Source: Eledone cirrhosa
Lineage: Eukaryota
Direction: 5' to 3'
Assembly (NCBI GenBank): GCA_964016885.1
Contig: CAXHJY010000075.1
Location: forward strand, 1-64,000
Length of the DNA stretch: 64,000 nt
How positions within the stretch are numbered: position 1 is the stretch's first letter; every line of letters begins with the position of its first letter. A model generated the notes under the pieces. It was not told the DNA's origin, searched no databases, and saw only the letters and a program-made list of their open reading frames with translations. Shown piece after piece: positions 1 through 18,849 of this stretch. The translations under genes were made by a program, and so were the position numbers.

Positions 1-86
1 CACCACCCATACTCATATCACCTCCAACCCTAACCCCTCTAACCCGTCACCTACCACTGTATCTGCACACGCTTTGCACAACCCCA

Positions 87-2244
87 GTGACCCTCTCCGC
101 CTCCGCCTCTCTCACTCCCTCACGCCCCTGCACTGTAGTTACCATGCCCCAGGACCTACCACGCTCCGAAGCTGAGCGCTCCCTCCTCACCCGTGGTTTG
201 CGTTTTAAACCAACAACATCTACCTGCAACGAGTTCCGAACACGTGCCGAAATTGAAGGGTTCTTCCGTCGATTAAAGCTGAAAGCTTTTTTTCACGACA
301 CACCATCATCGACACAGACGGATGACTTCAGTCGTCTCAGTCGCCGGCAATTACATTGAACGCCGAGCTCTGGCCAGTTCAGTACCCTCGACTCCTTGGT
401 CGATATTTGCCTGCGTACTCTCAATCGGTTTCGTTTCACCAGAATTCTCGTCGCTCTAACATGACCCGGACTGAGCTCTCCATTCTTCGCAACCTTCGGA
501 GTCGCGATGACATTGTCATCAAACCCGGTGTGGCGCTGTGGTGGTTTGGAGCGCTGACCTCTATAGGGCTGAGGCGGCTCTCTGCCAGCTTCACAATACC
601 CTTTTTTACCGTCCTTCATCCTCCGATCCCACTCCTGGCTACCAACAACTCGTGTCCTCCACCATCCACGAGATCATCTCCTCCTCTCTCCTACCCCCAC
701 AACCACCAACCTTATAGTACGCACTCCTCGCACACCCACCATCTACTTCCTCCCCAAAACACACAAACAAAATAATCCTGGCCGTCCTATCATTTCTGCG
801 TGCAACTGCCCCACCGAGATAATTTCTGAATATTTAGACACCATTCTCGCCCCGTTGGTTGGCAATCTCCCCTCCCACATCCACGATACAAATCATACCT
901 TTAGACTTTTCAACTTTTCTCCTTCCCTCCTGGTCCCTCTCACCTTCTCTTTACCCTGGACATCACTTCTCTCTATACCGTCATCCCTCATGATGACGGC
1001 CTCCGCGCTCTCCAACATGTTTTAGATTTACGCCCTACCCCTTACCCCAGCACTACCACTCTTCACCGTCTGGCTGAGCTTGTTCTCACCCTTAATGGAT
1101 TTTCTTTTTCGGAGGAATTTTACCAGCAGGTCTCTGGGGTAGTAATGGGGACCAGAATGGGTCCAAACTATGCCAACTTGTTTGTTGGCTACGTCGAAGC
1201 CCAGGTCTTCTCTGAGTACGCTGGACCGACTCCTGAGCTATACGGTCGTTATATCGACGACTGTATCGGCGCCACCTGTCTATCACGAGAACAGCTCGAC
1301 TATTTTCTTTCTTTTGTCCCATCTTTCCATCCTGCTCTCAATTTCACCGCCTCCGTCTCCGATTTTCTGTCAATCTATTAATCACTCTCACCACACCCTC
1401 TCTACTTCCATCTACATTAAACCAACAGACTCCCAATCTTATCTCGACTTCACCTCCTCCCATCCAACCCACACCAAACACTCCATACCCTGTTCTCATT
1501 TCCTCCGTCTTCGTCGTCTCTGTAGCAAGGACGACGATTTCGAAACGCATTCCCTTCGCATGGCTTCCAACTTCATCCATGGTGGATATCCCCACCACTA
1601 CTCTCACTCGCGCCCGTGAAACACCGCACCATAGCCCTCTCACCCCCGCCCTCCCAACACCCGTGTTCCTTTCTCTCTCACCTACCACCCCATCACCCTA
1701 CCACTCGGTCGACATATCCTCCGTTTCTTCCGTATCCTCTCTTCTGACCCCATCACTTCTCGCTTTTTTACATTACTTCCGCGACCTCCTGGTTCACAGT
1801 TCCTTTTCGTCCTCTCCCACGACTCCACCCGTCTTTCATTCTTGTTCCCGTTCCCGCTGCAACACTTGTCCCTTTATTTCCCCCCTCACCACTCTTACAG
1901 GCCCTAACGGGCCTTTCCGTATCCGCCATTCCTTCACCTGCACATCCACCCACGTTGTCTATGCCCTCCGGTGTACCCTTTGTGGGTCTTTATATATCAG
2001 ACAAACAGGACGCCGTATGGCGGACCGTTTTGCTGAACATTTGAGGGACATACGACTCGGTTTAGATACTCCTGTCACCCGTCATTTCTGTTCTCCTGGT
2101 CATTCTTCCCTACATGTTTCAGTCCTGGGTGTCCTTTTACATCATGGATCACAGGCCTCGCGCACCAGGACTGAACAAAGTCTGATTCACCGCCTTGGGT
2201 CCTATTCCCCTCTTGGACTCAACTCACCTCCCCAATTTCTCTGA
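87..2244 (+). pseudogene. Penelope-like element (Neptune-like) RT + GIY-YIG endonuclease, frameshifted
   Basis: ORF pieces give PLE motifs: LLTRGLRFKPT / FFRRLKLKAFF N-terminus, DDIVIKP, MGTRMGPNYANLFVG, YGRYIDDC (RT catalytic), YIKPTDSQSYLDFTSSHP, Cys linker CSRSRCNTC, and FTCTSTHVVYALRCTLCGSLYIRQTGRRMADRFAEH (GIY-YIG). Several frameshifts. Confidence 0.9.
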
Positions 2245-2318
2245 TACTCCGTCCATTATCACACCCCTAGATTCCTATCACTTTCTCTTGATCATTAGCA
2301 GCTTCTCTTACAAATAAT

Positions 2319-2417
2319 TGTTTCTACTTTTGGCACAAGGCCAGCAATTATCCCAGTGCATTACTGGTACTTTATTTTATCGACCCCGTAAGGATGCAAG
2401 GCAAAGTTAACCTCGGC
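2319..2417 (-). mobile_element. Truncated tRNA-derived SINE (Meta-domain-like) with 9-bp TSD
   Basis: Matches the repeat at 22945-23070, 27489-27670 and 56012-56372; flanked by ACAAATAAT at 2310-2318 and 2418-2426; absent from the paralogous 19408-20146 copy. Confidence 0.8.
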
Positions 2418-2775
2418 ACAAATAATACATGCCGACTATATATACTTACTCCACTTTTCCCTTCACTGCTCTGTATACACACAAACACACCCTTATATTA
2501 ACATACTTTTGCTCATAGCTTCGTACTTACATGCACACACATACACAAACAATGTACAAGTATAGCTCTTTTTACAAAACGTCTTTTTTTTTTCCATTTC
2601 AGGAAGACGCGCTTCATCATCCATTTTTCGAAAAAACAAATCATGCACAAAACGCCAACACTAACAGTTTTGCAAGAGATGTCAACATAAATGAACCTGT
2701 TACTTTTATCTAAAGAGATTTTTTCAAATCCTATCCCGCCCGTCCCCTTAATCTATCTTATTTCTCATTTTTCTT

Positions 2776-2833
2776 CTGATGAAGGACTAGCGTCCGCAAC
2801 GTTAATACCCTCTTCCTGCTATATCAAGCGTTA
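2776..2833 (+). ncRNA. Degenerate hammerhead ribozyme (PLE pLTR)
   Basis: CTGATGA-AGGAC-tagc-GTCC-GCAAC-gtt...agcgt-TA; the paralogue at 20037-20093 has CTGGTGA and an intact GAAAC, so the consensus of the two is canonical. Confidence 0.7.
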
Positions 2834-3235
2834 ACCTAATATATCACTTCCATATACTGTACCGATTGTGTTGTTATTTCTGTTTACCTTTTACATATAT
2901 ATATATATATATATAGTTAAAGAATGAAGAGTAACATGGTTGGCTGTACAATAAGGGCTTTATTTAAAGTACTAACAATTGTTTCGTTGATCAGGTGAGT
3001 CGAGAGTTCGCTAATCGCTTGAGGTTGCGTCATTCGATCTCCAATATATTATTTACCTCTGGTCAACACATCAGAGTACGTACTCCAACTATAACCTGCA
3101 TAGGAATTACCGCGAACTCGCTGCATAACTATGGAAGCATCTTGTTGAGTCAAACAAAGCCGTACGTTAAACCTATCCATGAAGCAGAGTACTCACAACC
3201 TCTAACTGGATTACCTATAACGATAACTTGTTATT

Positions 3236-3284
<49 letters not shown>

Positions 3285-3478
3285 GTATACACACACTCAC
3301 ACACACATTTATATATATACATATACACACGTATATATATGGGCCTTCCAGTTTCATTTCACATTATATACATCTGTGTATGTTTCAATTGTCTAAAAAT
3401 TATTTTTAACTGAACATGATTCTTAAAAAATATTTTGAAGTGGACGTTACCCAACGGGTGACGGGGGGGGGGGGTCTA

Positions 3479-3608
<130 letters not shown>

Positions 3609-3801
3609 GTGAGTGTGTACTAGAGGTAACAGAAGAAGAAACCAAGTTGAGTAAGACAAACAAAGAGAATGATGACACACAAGTAGACAGGCTGTGAGTT
3701 ATACAAGAAAGCGATAGAGTGAATGTGTGAAGAGAGGGTAGAGATAGAGAAGAGAGAGGGAGTAGAGTAGAGAGAGAGGAGGTGGGAAGGAGAGGGGGAG
3801 T

Positions 3802-3888
<87 letters not shown>

Positions 3889-4350
3889 GGAAGAGAGGAT
3901 AGAGAGAGAGGAGAAAGAGGCAGAGTAGAGAGAGAACGAATGGGAAGAGAGGGTAGAGAGAGAGGAGGAGAAAAAGAGACAGAGAGAGGGAGAGTAGAGA
4001 GAGAGGGGGGACGAGAGAGAGATTGTGCGAGAAAGACAGACAGACAGGGAATGAAATAGAAGAAAGATATAAATAACTAGAATAAAGAGACGAAGAGGCC
4101 AATGTTCGATAGAATATACTAACTGAACTATGAGGTTCAGCAGTGTTTTACAGCAGAGAGTCTGTCTCGTTATGTTCTCTGTGTATTATGTACAAGTATA
4201 TGTATATATATATATATATACAAGTATTTATATTGAACATACAGAGACAGCGCTGTGAGTAAAGTAGCAGCAACAGCAACGGTACTGGCACTGAGTTTGT
4301 TGCTACATAAGCATGCTTACATAAAGACATATGTACAAACACACACTCAG

Positions 4351-4644
<294 letters not shown>

Positions 4645-4838
4645 TCAAATAGATATATAATAAAGGAACTATTTATAGTTATGTATATACTATAAATAAC
4701 TATAAACAGGAAAGGTCAGTAATTTATTACTACCTTACTACCAGTAAGAGAAATAGCTCAATGTAAGAACATCAGGTGTTTTACAGAGCAGGAATATAAA
4801 ATACACAAGTATCAAAGTTATGTTCAAAACATTTAATC

Positions 4839-4883
4839 GCTGACAATTGTTTCTTCCAAACTTTAGTTTGGAGTCATCGGAGC
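4839..4883 (-). ncRNA. Minimal hammerhead ribozyme (U4C core variant)
   Basis: Minus strand: GCT-CCGATGA-cTCCAAAC-taaa-GTTTGGAa-GAAA-CAATTG-TC-AGC; palindromic stem III. Confidence 0.7.
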
Positions 4884-5591
4884 ATTATCAATGTCTGTAC
4901 ATATAATTAACCGCCTATTCAACTTAACAATCATACAGGTACATATATATTGATGTTGTGAACAACAGTTTAGTATTTGCACATGCGTTAGTCATATATA
5001 TGAGAAGGAAACAAGCAAAGGTATTAGGCATATATGAATACTGCATGGCAAGGTATTACATAAAATACAAGCACTTTAAGCGAATATGTTAGTGTGTTAT
5101 GGCGGATGTAATGCGAGGATAGTTTCTGTAGAGTTCAAATTTGTATGTGTGTAGAATATGAAAGTTACTGATTTCCCATCCATTACATATGTTAAGTTAT
5201 ATTTTAGTTAATGTTTGTATTGAATGTTTTTAGTTAGTTATAGTAATGGATTGTAACTTGGTCTTATTGTATTCATATTCATGGATTAGAGTTGTTCTAC
5301 AGCGAGATTTTCCAACGGTTTTATATTACACCCTATATATTTTGTCTTATATTCTTCCCTTAAATTTTCTTACACCCTAATATTAACCTCTCTCTCTTCT
5401 TCCCTTAAAAAATAACACTAATGATTATTTTAATTTACCTAGCGTCTAAATATAACGATCTTTTTCAACTTTACGTTACCCTCATTCACATATTCATCCT
5501 AAGATTTGAATTTTTTTCATTATTCAAACAGAACTTAAAACAATAAGTACTTGTTCTTCAATATGTCACTATCTATAAAACAACTTTTGTA

Positions 5592-5651
5592 TTTTATCTG
5601 ATGAGAGCGTACCAAAAACTGTTGATACCCTTGAAATATATATATAATAAA
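5592..5651 (+). ncRNA. Hammerhead ribozyme
   Basis: TTTTAT-CTGATGA-gagcgtaccaa...ttgataccctt-GAAA-TATATATA-TA-ATAAAA; stem I TTTTAT/ATAAAA, imperfect stem II. Confidence 0.65.
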
Positions 5652-5695
5652 ATAAATATGGTTTTATAAAGATAGTTTCCATTTATTAATATTAT

Positions 5696-7801
<2,106 letters not shown>

Positions 7802-8100
7802 TATATACACACATATATATATATATATATTTCCCACTTCCTCCACCTCTACACGCCTCATACCATTTCAACACTTTTTTCCATTTTTATTTTTTTTCCC
7901 TTTATTTTAATGTCTTTCCACCACTCCCCCCTCACACCCTCTCGGAACTCTTTTCCTTCCCACCTGTCTCCTGATGAAGGGCTTTTGCCTGAAATGACGT
8001 CCCCCACTCCTCATTCTCAAACGTGAACCTAATACCAACACTGTTCGTACTGCACTCCTTGTTTTTGTTTTTTTCTTTGCCAATATATATATATATATAT

Positions 8101-9204
<1,104 letters not shown>

Positions 9205-9233
9205 GGGGGGGGGGTATATATATATATATATTT

Positions 9234-11121
<1,888 letters not shown>

Positions 11122-11287
11122 ACATATACACACACACATATATACAAACACACATACACACGCGTACACTAACATACAAACAAACATACACACACACACA
11201 CACACACACACACGTGTGTGTGTGTGTGTGTGTGTGTATAAATATATATATAAATATATATATGTATATATATATATATAATATATA

Positions 11288-11695
11288 AGATAAAAAGATG
11301 GTTAAAAGAGTTCCATGTATTTTATTATGCGCATTTCAAAAACAAATATCATCATGCAATAACATTTGCGTTTTCGTCAGATAAAATAGGGAGACATGAT
11401 ATGAAGGTTAAAATACACTTGTGAATAGTGCAGTTTTAAATCAACATAAAACTGCACTATTCACAAGTGTATTTTAACCTTCATATCATGTCTCCCTATT
11501 TTATCTGACGAAAACGCAAATGTTATTGCATGATGATATTTGTTTTTGAAATGCGCATAATAAAATACATGGAACTCTTTTAACCATCTTTTGATCTTAT
11601 ATATTATTTATACTCCAGTCCTACAAACTGTAAAGTGCTTCTTATCCGATATCTGCATTGCTTTATTGTACTACAATAAAATTCACCTCCTACAT
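11288..11695 (+). mobile_element. Fold-back mini-element (~150-bp arms) with HHR and ~95-bp tail
   Basis: 11288-11437 is inverted relative to 11448-11598; flanked by (TA)n. Confidence 0.85.
11499..11565 (+). ncRNA. Hammerhead ribozyme
   Basis: TTTTAT-CTGACGA-aaacgcaaatgtt...atatttgttttt-GAAA-TGCGCA-TA-ATAAAA; mirrored on the minus strand in the left arm. Confidence 0.8.
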
Positions 11696-11792
<97 letters not shown>

Positions 11793-11794
<2 letters not shown>

Positions 11795-12182
11795 AAAGAA
11801 TAGAGGTGTAACACGCGAGTTGTGATATATTGGTAAAAGGAAAAGAAATGCTGACAAATTGTTCCCGGTGAAAAATAGTTTAATTAGGAATAAGTATAAA
11901 TTAGTAATAAGTATTGGTTAGTATTCAGTTTTAGTTTTAAGTTTTTACCGGTTGCGCATTTCTAATGCTTTTCAAAAATAATTTTGAGATAGAGCGCCTG
12001 TGATGTTTGCTCTAATCTGATTATTATCTCAAAATTATTTTTGAAAAGCATTAGAAATGCGCAACCGGTAAAAACTTAAAACTAAAACTGAATACTAACC
12101 AATACTTATTACTAATTCATACTTATTCCTAATTAAACTATTTTTCGCTGGGAACAATTTGTCAGCATTTCTTTTCCTTTTA

Positions 12183-12190
<8 letters not shown>
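11793..12190. repeat. Fold-back element (~165-bp arms, ~33-bp loop) derived from the PLE terminus at 9234-9470
   Basis: 11826-11991 is inverted relative to 12025-12190 with a few mismatches. Confidence 0.85.
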
Positions 12191-12248
<58 letters not shown>

Positions 12249-12253
<5 letters not shown>

Positions 12254-12994
12254 AGATTTGAATGGATACAGTTTAGTTGAAAGGAATTTATTGACACGTG
12301 TTTCTATAACAGTTACATAACCTAAAACAGCTATCTACAAACTTTTAGTTATGCAGACATTCAATATTTCAATGTTATTGTTTACTGTCATTTCATCAGA
12401 ATAATATTACTGAGGACCTATTTAGTTATTATAGAGAATATTAGGAGGAAGGGGTGAAGTTGTTAGAAGAATAGTTGAAGGAGTGGTTTTTCGATAGCAG
12501 TGAGAATTCTTGGTGGCAGTGATTAATTAGATTCCCATCTGTTGTTTTGACATTTTTTATAGAATATATTATTGGTTATTTTTCTAAATCTATAGAAGGA
12601 TTAGAGATAGTAAAGATATGCGTGGTTGGTTTTGTGTTTGCACTTAACATTCAGACTTAAATTTTTCTTTCAAGTGTACGTATTCTTTCACCCACGCATT
12701 CACACACAAATATATTTGCACACCTCTACAAAATACATATACTCACAATTCACATATTCATACTTACATATATATACACATGCATACACATATATATACA
12801 CACATGTATTCATGTACATACATACGCGCTCATGTGTATACATTTTCATACTCAACTTATCTTTATATATACACACGTATAGACACACACATATATACAT
12901 ACATACTCTAGTCCATGTGTACACACATACACATACATACACATCCATATACACATACATACATACACATATATATATACATATATACATATAC

Positions 12995-13037
<43 letters not shown>

Positions 13038-13481
13038 CATATATACACACATATACACACACACATATATATATATATATATAAGCACTTTAATACATGA
13101 ATACACTTACATCTAACTATACACATCAAACATATATATATATTTACTTATTTATATACATTTTCACATATATATACATACTTATGGACGTTTTTAGACA
13201 CATTCATTATCGCATATTTGTACCTATTCTCATCAGCATATCTTTTTTTTTTTTTTGAATGTCTGCATAACTAAAAGTTTGTAGATAGCTGTTTTAGGTT
13301 ATGTAACTGTTATAGAAACACGTGTCAATAAATTCCTTTCAACTAAACTGTATCCATTCAAATCTTTCTATTTTTCTCCGGATTACTTTTGGAACTACAA
13401 CTGGAACCGTCGAGCAAACTCTACGTGAGCTGATAATCTACTGTGTGTAATATTTATATTACAACACAACGGAAAAAACTG
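12249..13481. mobile_element. Inverted-arm PLE remnant (arms 12249-12365 / 13255-13370, ~110-bp tail)
   Basis: Arms are reverse complements; (TA)n on both sides. Confidence 0.8.
12288..12404 (-). ncRNA. Hammerhead ribozyme with a greatly extended stem II
   Basis: Minus strand: TTATT-CTGATGA-aATGACAGT...(~70 nt)...ACTGTTATa-GAAA-CACGTG-TC-AATAA(A). Confidence 0.75.
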
Positions 13482-13505
13482 TATATATATATATATATAT
13501 ATATA

Positions 13506-13740
13506 TAATTACATAATAAACAAAACAATATAATTATTCCATTACCGAAGGTTTCAGGAAACTAGACGTTCAGCTCGTTCATCAGATGAACTAACTGGAA
13601 GTTTCCGTAAGGATCGTCTAGTTTCCTGTAATCTTTGGTAATGGATATAATTATGTTGTATTGTTTATTATGTAATTAAATAGCTCTGTACTATACATAG
13701 GGCACTCTTCTTTCCTTTACCTTTTCTACGGTAATCCTTA
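13506..13740. mobile_element. Diverged fold-back mini-element with HHR remnant and tail
   Basis: Arms 13506-13568 / 13615-13678; minus strand CTGATGA...GAAA-CC-ttc-GG-TA-AT at about 13540-13586. Confidence 0.7.
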
Positions 13741-13852
<112 letters not shown>

Positions 13853-14157
13853 ATACATATATAAACGCACATATGTATGTATATTTTTATATGTCTGCGT
13901 GTGTGTTTGCGTAATAAAAATATCAACAAGAACTCTAGATGCAAATAAATCTAACATTTATTTGTTTTGATTAGTACATACGACATTCCATTTTCAACCA
14001 ATGGTGTAATGAGCTATCAAAATCTGCATAAATGCAAGCTATGGTGGTTACTTATGTGAATGTGTAAAGTATGTGTTTACTTTATATGAGTATGAACGAT
14101 TTGGAAATTTACTTCATTGTGTGGGAGGTAAGGTAAAAGGGGAAAAGATAAAAAGAG

Positions 14158-14287
<130 letters not shown>

Positions 14288-14445
14288 ACACACACTCGCA
14301 CTCTTACACACACACACACACATATATATATGTATAAAAAATGGAGAAACGCACATACATACATATATACTTAGATACATACATATATACATACATATAT
14401 ACATGCATACATACATCTATACATACATACATGCATACATACATA

Positions 14446-14753
14446 TAGGAAATTACAAGTACAATCCATTAGTGGAATAGTAAAAATATGTAAAACATTC
14501 CAAAAATTTTGCATCTAATAACTGCATATACACATGTACATATACAAACCATATATACACATGCACACATACAACTCAAAACATACACATCCACACATAC
14601 AATAACATCCATATCTACACATGTATGTATGCATGCATACATAATCTACCTAGGTGGTGTGTGTAAATTCCAATGAGAGAACCTTGTGTCTATGTTAGAA
14701 ACCGACTCTCTCTCTATTGGGAAAAAATTTGTGAAATTATAAACCCAGCAGAA
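14446..14753 (+). mobile_element. 3' fragment of the R4/Dong-like retrotransposon
   Basis: Same ORF end and 3' UTR as 59449-59750 and 62245-62542; preceded and followed by CATA-type repeats. Confidence 0.85.
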
Positions 14754-14771
14754 CATACACACATACATATA

Positions 14772-17700
14772 GTCAACGCGATCAGTCTCATATTTTGGCG
14801 TGGGAGACTATTTATTAAATTTAAGATGAATACTATTTCCGTCAGTAATGCCATAACTACAGTCATGTTGAATAACTGGTTATTCTTTTAACTATATCTT
14901 CTGAAGACACCTTTTATTCGAATTCGTAGAGATATCCGACTAAATACATAATTTGCTACAAACAGCATGGCTGAACACAACATCAACAACAATATTAAGG
15001 TATTATCGAAGACAAACAACAAGAAAGGTAAACAAACTTTATTCAGTTGTAGCTACAGAAGAAACCGAAATTATAAATCGCATTTCTCTTGGAGTTGCAA
15101 ACTTAGTAATGATTTATTTAATTGTTATAAATGGCAAAAAACAATCCCTCCATTGGATATATGAACAGAATGAAGCTACACTGGGACGAAATACATCCAG
15201 AGCTAAATCACTTTACAGCGAAACAATTACGCCAACAAGCGACGTTTGTTGAACGTAAAAATAAGATAAATAGTATTAATTGTAAGTCCCCCACAATAAA
15301 CATGGACTCAACCTCACGTGCTACAGGTCGCCATGCTGCTAGACTTCCTAGCAGCCAGGTCGAACAGCGCCTTGAAACAACTATGCCTGTAAGAAACTTG
15401 ACAGCCCCTGTACCATCTAAGTCTACCTCGAATGCTGGGGAAAACACTATCGATAGTATTAATAATCGAAGAAATAATAATAATAATCGAAGAAATTTGA
15501 CACCACGTGTACCATCCGAGTCTACCTCGATTATTGTGGAAAATACTATCGATAATAATAATAATCAAAAGTATAAACAATTGAAAATTTCCCTCAACGA
15601 AATCTTCCAGAGAGAAATTAACTCATGTATAAATATCTCTCTTGCTGAAAGTATTAAAACGACAATGTTTAATAAAAAACCAAATAATGAAATATTACGT
15701 GTTATTGACGAAATAGGGGATGAATATTTACGACGGATAAAAAACCTCAAGATTTTGGCAAATCAACACCTGTTTATATGCCTTAGCAATGACAGTGAAG
15801 CATTATCTTGGTGATAGCAGAGGCATTAACAAGAACAAAACACCACCAAAAATACCATCATATATAACTAAAATAGAAAAAGAGATTGCTGACCTACGAA
15901 CAAATATAGGAAAAGTGACAATGCTCCTTACGTGCAAACAAACACAAAAAAACCTCACTCCTCACCAACAAAGAGTGAAAAATAAAATAGAGACGATGTT
16001 TGGTAACAGTAGAACCAAAACTCTTCAATATAAGCTGATCACCCTCAAACAAGAATTAAGAGCTGTTAGGGAAAAACGCCGATACCTGAAGAAGGTAGAT
16101 GAGAGAAAAGTGCTTAATAAAATATTCAGACGAAACCAAACATCAGTCTATAGAGATATGAAGGGTAAAATAATTGTCACTGAAGCCCCATCCCAGAAAG
16201 ACAAATTCCTTTTGAAGAAAAATATGGGGTGAAAAGAAGAATTTCAACCAAGATGCAGTGTGGTTAAGAGAATCCAAAAGAACTATTGCTCCTACACTAC
16301 AACAAAAACATACGAAATAAGTGAGGGTACTCTTGAGACTGTGATAGGAAAACTCTAAGATAAGAAACACCAGGAAGAGACATGATTGTCGGCTACAGGT
16401 ACAAAAAACAGATATTCTATCGGAGGTATCTTACTGACCTCTACCAACAAGTTGTTAAGGGAGATACACTTATACCAGAATGGTTGACATTAGCACAAAC
16501 TTTACTGGTCCCCAAGAACAAAGACACACACTTGGCATAAACCTACCGACCCATTGCATGCCAGAACCTGATGTATAAGATGTATACAGCCTGCCTGAAC
16601 CTATTCCTCCAAGATCATTGTGAAAATAATAACATCATCACAGATGAACAAGCAGCTGCAAGGAAAGGGATTGGGGATGTGTTGAAAAACACCTAATCAA
16701 CAAAACTGCGATGTCGGAGGTGCGACAACTTAGGAGGAATATGGATACAGTCTGGCTGGACTACAGGAAAGCTTTCGATTCTGTTCCCCACTCTTGGATG
16801 ATAGAGGCCCTCCAACTTCCTAAAGTACCAAGCATTATTGTCAGAGCCATAGAGAGGCTGTCTTCTTCTTGGGCTACTATCATAAGGTTAAAGACAGAGA
16901 GGGAGGACTCTATTTTCACTGATAAAATAATATATCGCAGGGGTATATTTCAGGGGGACAGTCTCTCTGTGATATTATTCATCTTGTCATTAAACCCCTT
17001 GTCCTTTCTGCTCAAGAAATGTGAGGGATACTTCATTGGCTCAGAGGAGGACAGAAATACAAACCTACCCATAATTTCTTTGTGGGCGATCTGAAACTCT
17101 ATGCCAAGGACATGGATGGGATGAAGAAAAATCTTGACCTGTTTACAACGTTCTCAAAGGATATAGGAATGGAGTTTGGCCAAGATAAATACTCATACAT
17201 GACTGTAAAGCGTGGAAAAACAACAACCCAATCTAGCAACATTGTCATCAAAGGCCTAACTGTTCTACCACCGATATCTGATGAGGACTGCTACAGATAC
17301 CTGGAGATAGATGAGAACATATCCTATAATGGTATCTGTAATAAGGAACGCGTAAACAGGGAATACTACACCCGATTAAGAAAGATTTGGTCATCGGAAC
17401 CCTCTGCGCAAAACAAAACAGTGGCTCACAATGTGTTTGCTGTGCCTGTCCTAACACCAACGTTTGGAGGACTCAATTGGACGATAGACGAAATCCGAGC
17501 AGTTGATGTTGGAACTCGAAAAATACTAAACAACACTGGAAATTTCCCCATCAACAGTGACATAGACCGTCTTTACTTGAAACGTAAGCAGGGAGGCAGA
17601 GGCCTAACATCAGTCCAGACAACATTTGAATGTCGCATCATATCCCTCCGACAACATCTACGAACCTCGAAGCGTAGGAGCCCGTCTCTCAAGCAAGTCT

Positions 17701-18629
17701 ATCTGCATGAAACAGATAAGATCATGAGAGTTGGGAAGGAACTCCTCGAGAGATATTCCATGTGTGATAATCAAAAACTCACACCTAGGGAAGTCGCTCA
17801 GCAGTATCGCAGTGAATCCATGGATGAACGACTGCATGTTTATCAGCAAAAAATCATGCATGGATATGTTGCTAGGAAGCTCCACAGTGAGGGTAATATA
17901 GATAAGGAAAGTAGTCTGTCTTGGACCAACAACAGCTATATTGGCTCCCACTTTGAAGGATACGCTTTTGCAATCCAAAAACAGAAAATTAACACGAAAT
18001 ACCTGATTCACAAAAGAGATATGGATGCAGGCAAAACACCTAGATGTGATAACAAGTGCATACTCTGCAGAATTAACATCGAAGATGTCACCCATACCAT
18101 CAGCAGCTGTCCAAAGATGTCATCGCGGTACTATCTACCTATGAGGCATGATGTAGTGGCCGAAACACTGTACAATGCAGTTTGTAAAAAAGATAGCCCC
18201 GATAATAAACACATTAAAAGCTACAGCAATGTGGAAGACATCCATATACATAATATGAAAGAGTACTGGTGGAATGTTCCAGTAAAAACACAATAAAATG
18301 CAGGCCTAACAGACCAGATATTATGATATAGGACAGGGAAAAGAAAGCATGCACAGTAGTGGAAATTAGCTGCCCAGCAGATGCCAATATAATATCAAAG
18401 ATTAGCGAAAAGGAGAATATTTATGCAGAACTGATGAAAAATCTGCAGATACTCCACCCTGATTACACCTTCAGATTTATGCCTGTGATTACTGGGGCAC
18501 TGGGATATGTTAGTAACTGCCGCAATACAAATCTTGAGAAGCTAGGCTTCACAGGAACAGAAAGAACACTACTAGTTAGGAAATTACAAGTATAATCCAT
18601 TAATGGAACAGTCAAAATATGTAAAACGT
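14772..18629 (+). mobile_element. Near full-length R4/Dong-like (RLE-type) non-LTR retrotransposon, degenerate
   Basis: N-terminal GYMNRMKLHWDEIHP...KQLRQQA; RT WLDYRKAFDSVPHSW, GIFQGDSLS, (D)DLKLYAK; C-terminal CILC...H...C..RH zinc motif and RPDI...VVEISCP restriction-like endonuclease; many frameshifts and stops; 3' UTR missing. Confidence 0.85.
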
Positions 18630-18849
18630 TGTCTTCTCAAATGTGATTAAGTATATAGTGATAAAGAGATAGATACAGTTAGAAGAGATAGTGAAAAATA
18701 CCATCACACAGACAGTGAATCAGATCTATTGATAGACAAAAAGATATAGATCGTCAAACACACACATACTTACAAACACACACACACATACACACACACA
18801 CACACGTACATGATGGCTGCAAACTCTGGTAGGAGTATTGCAATCGTTT

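Larger units (their letters stand above)
2160..2893 (+). mobile_element. 3' end / pseudo-LTR of the Neptune-like PLE; second copy at 19408-20146
   Basis: Collinear with 19408-20146 (cgcaccaggactgaacaaagtctgattcaccgcc ... gttatttctgtttacctttta); ends in (TA)n; contains an HHR motif. Confidence 0.85.

Noticed and set aside
7971-8001. HHR CTGATGA-AGGGC-tttt-GCCT-GAAA
   Set aside because: Core and stem II are present but stems I and III could not be closed; probably a decayed HHR, so not listed as a feature. The same applies to 2975-2995 and 23217-23240.
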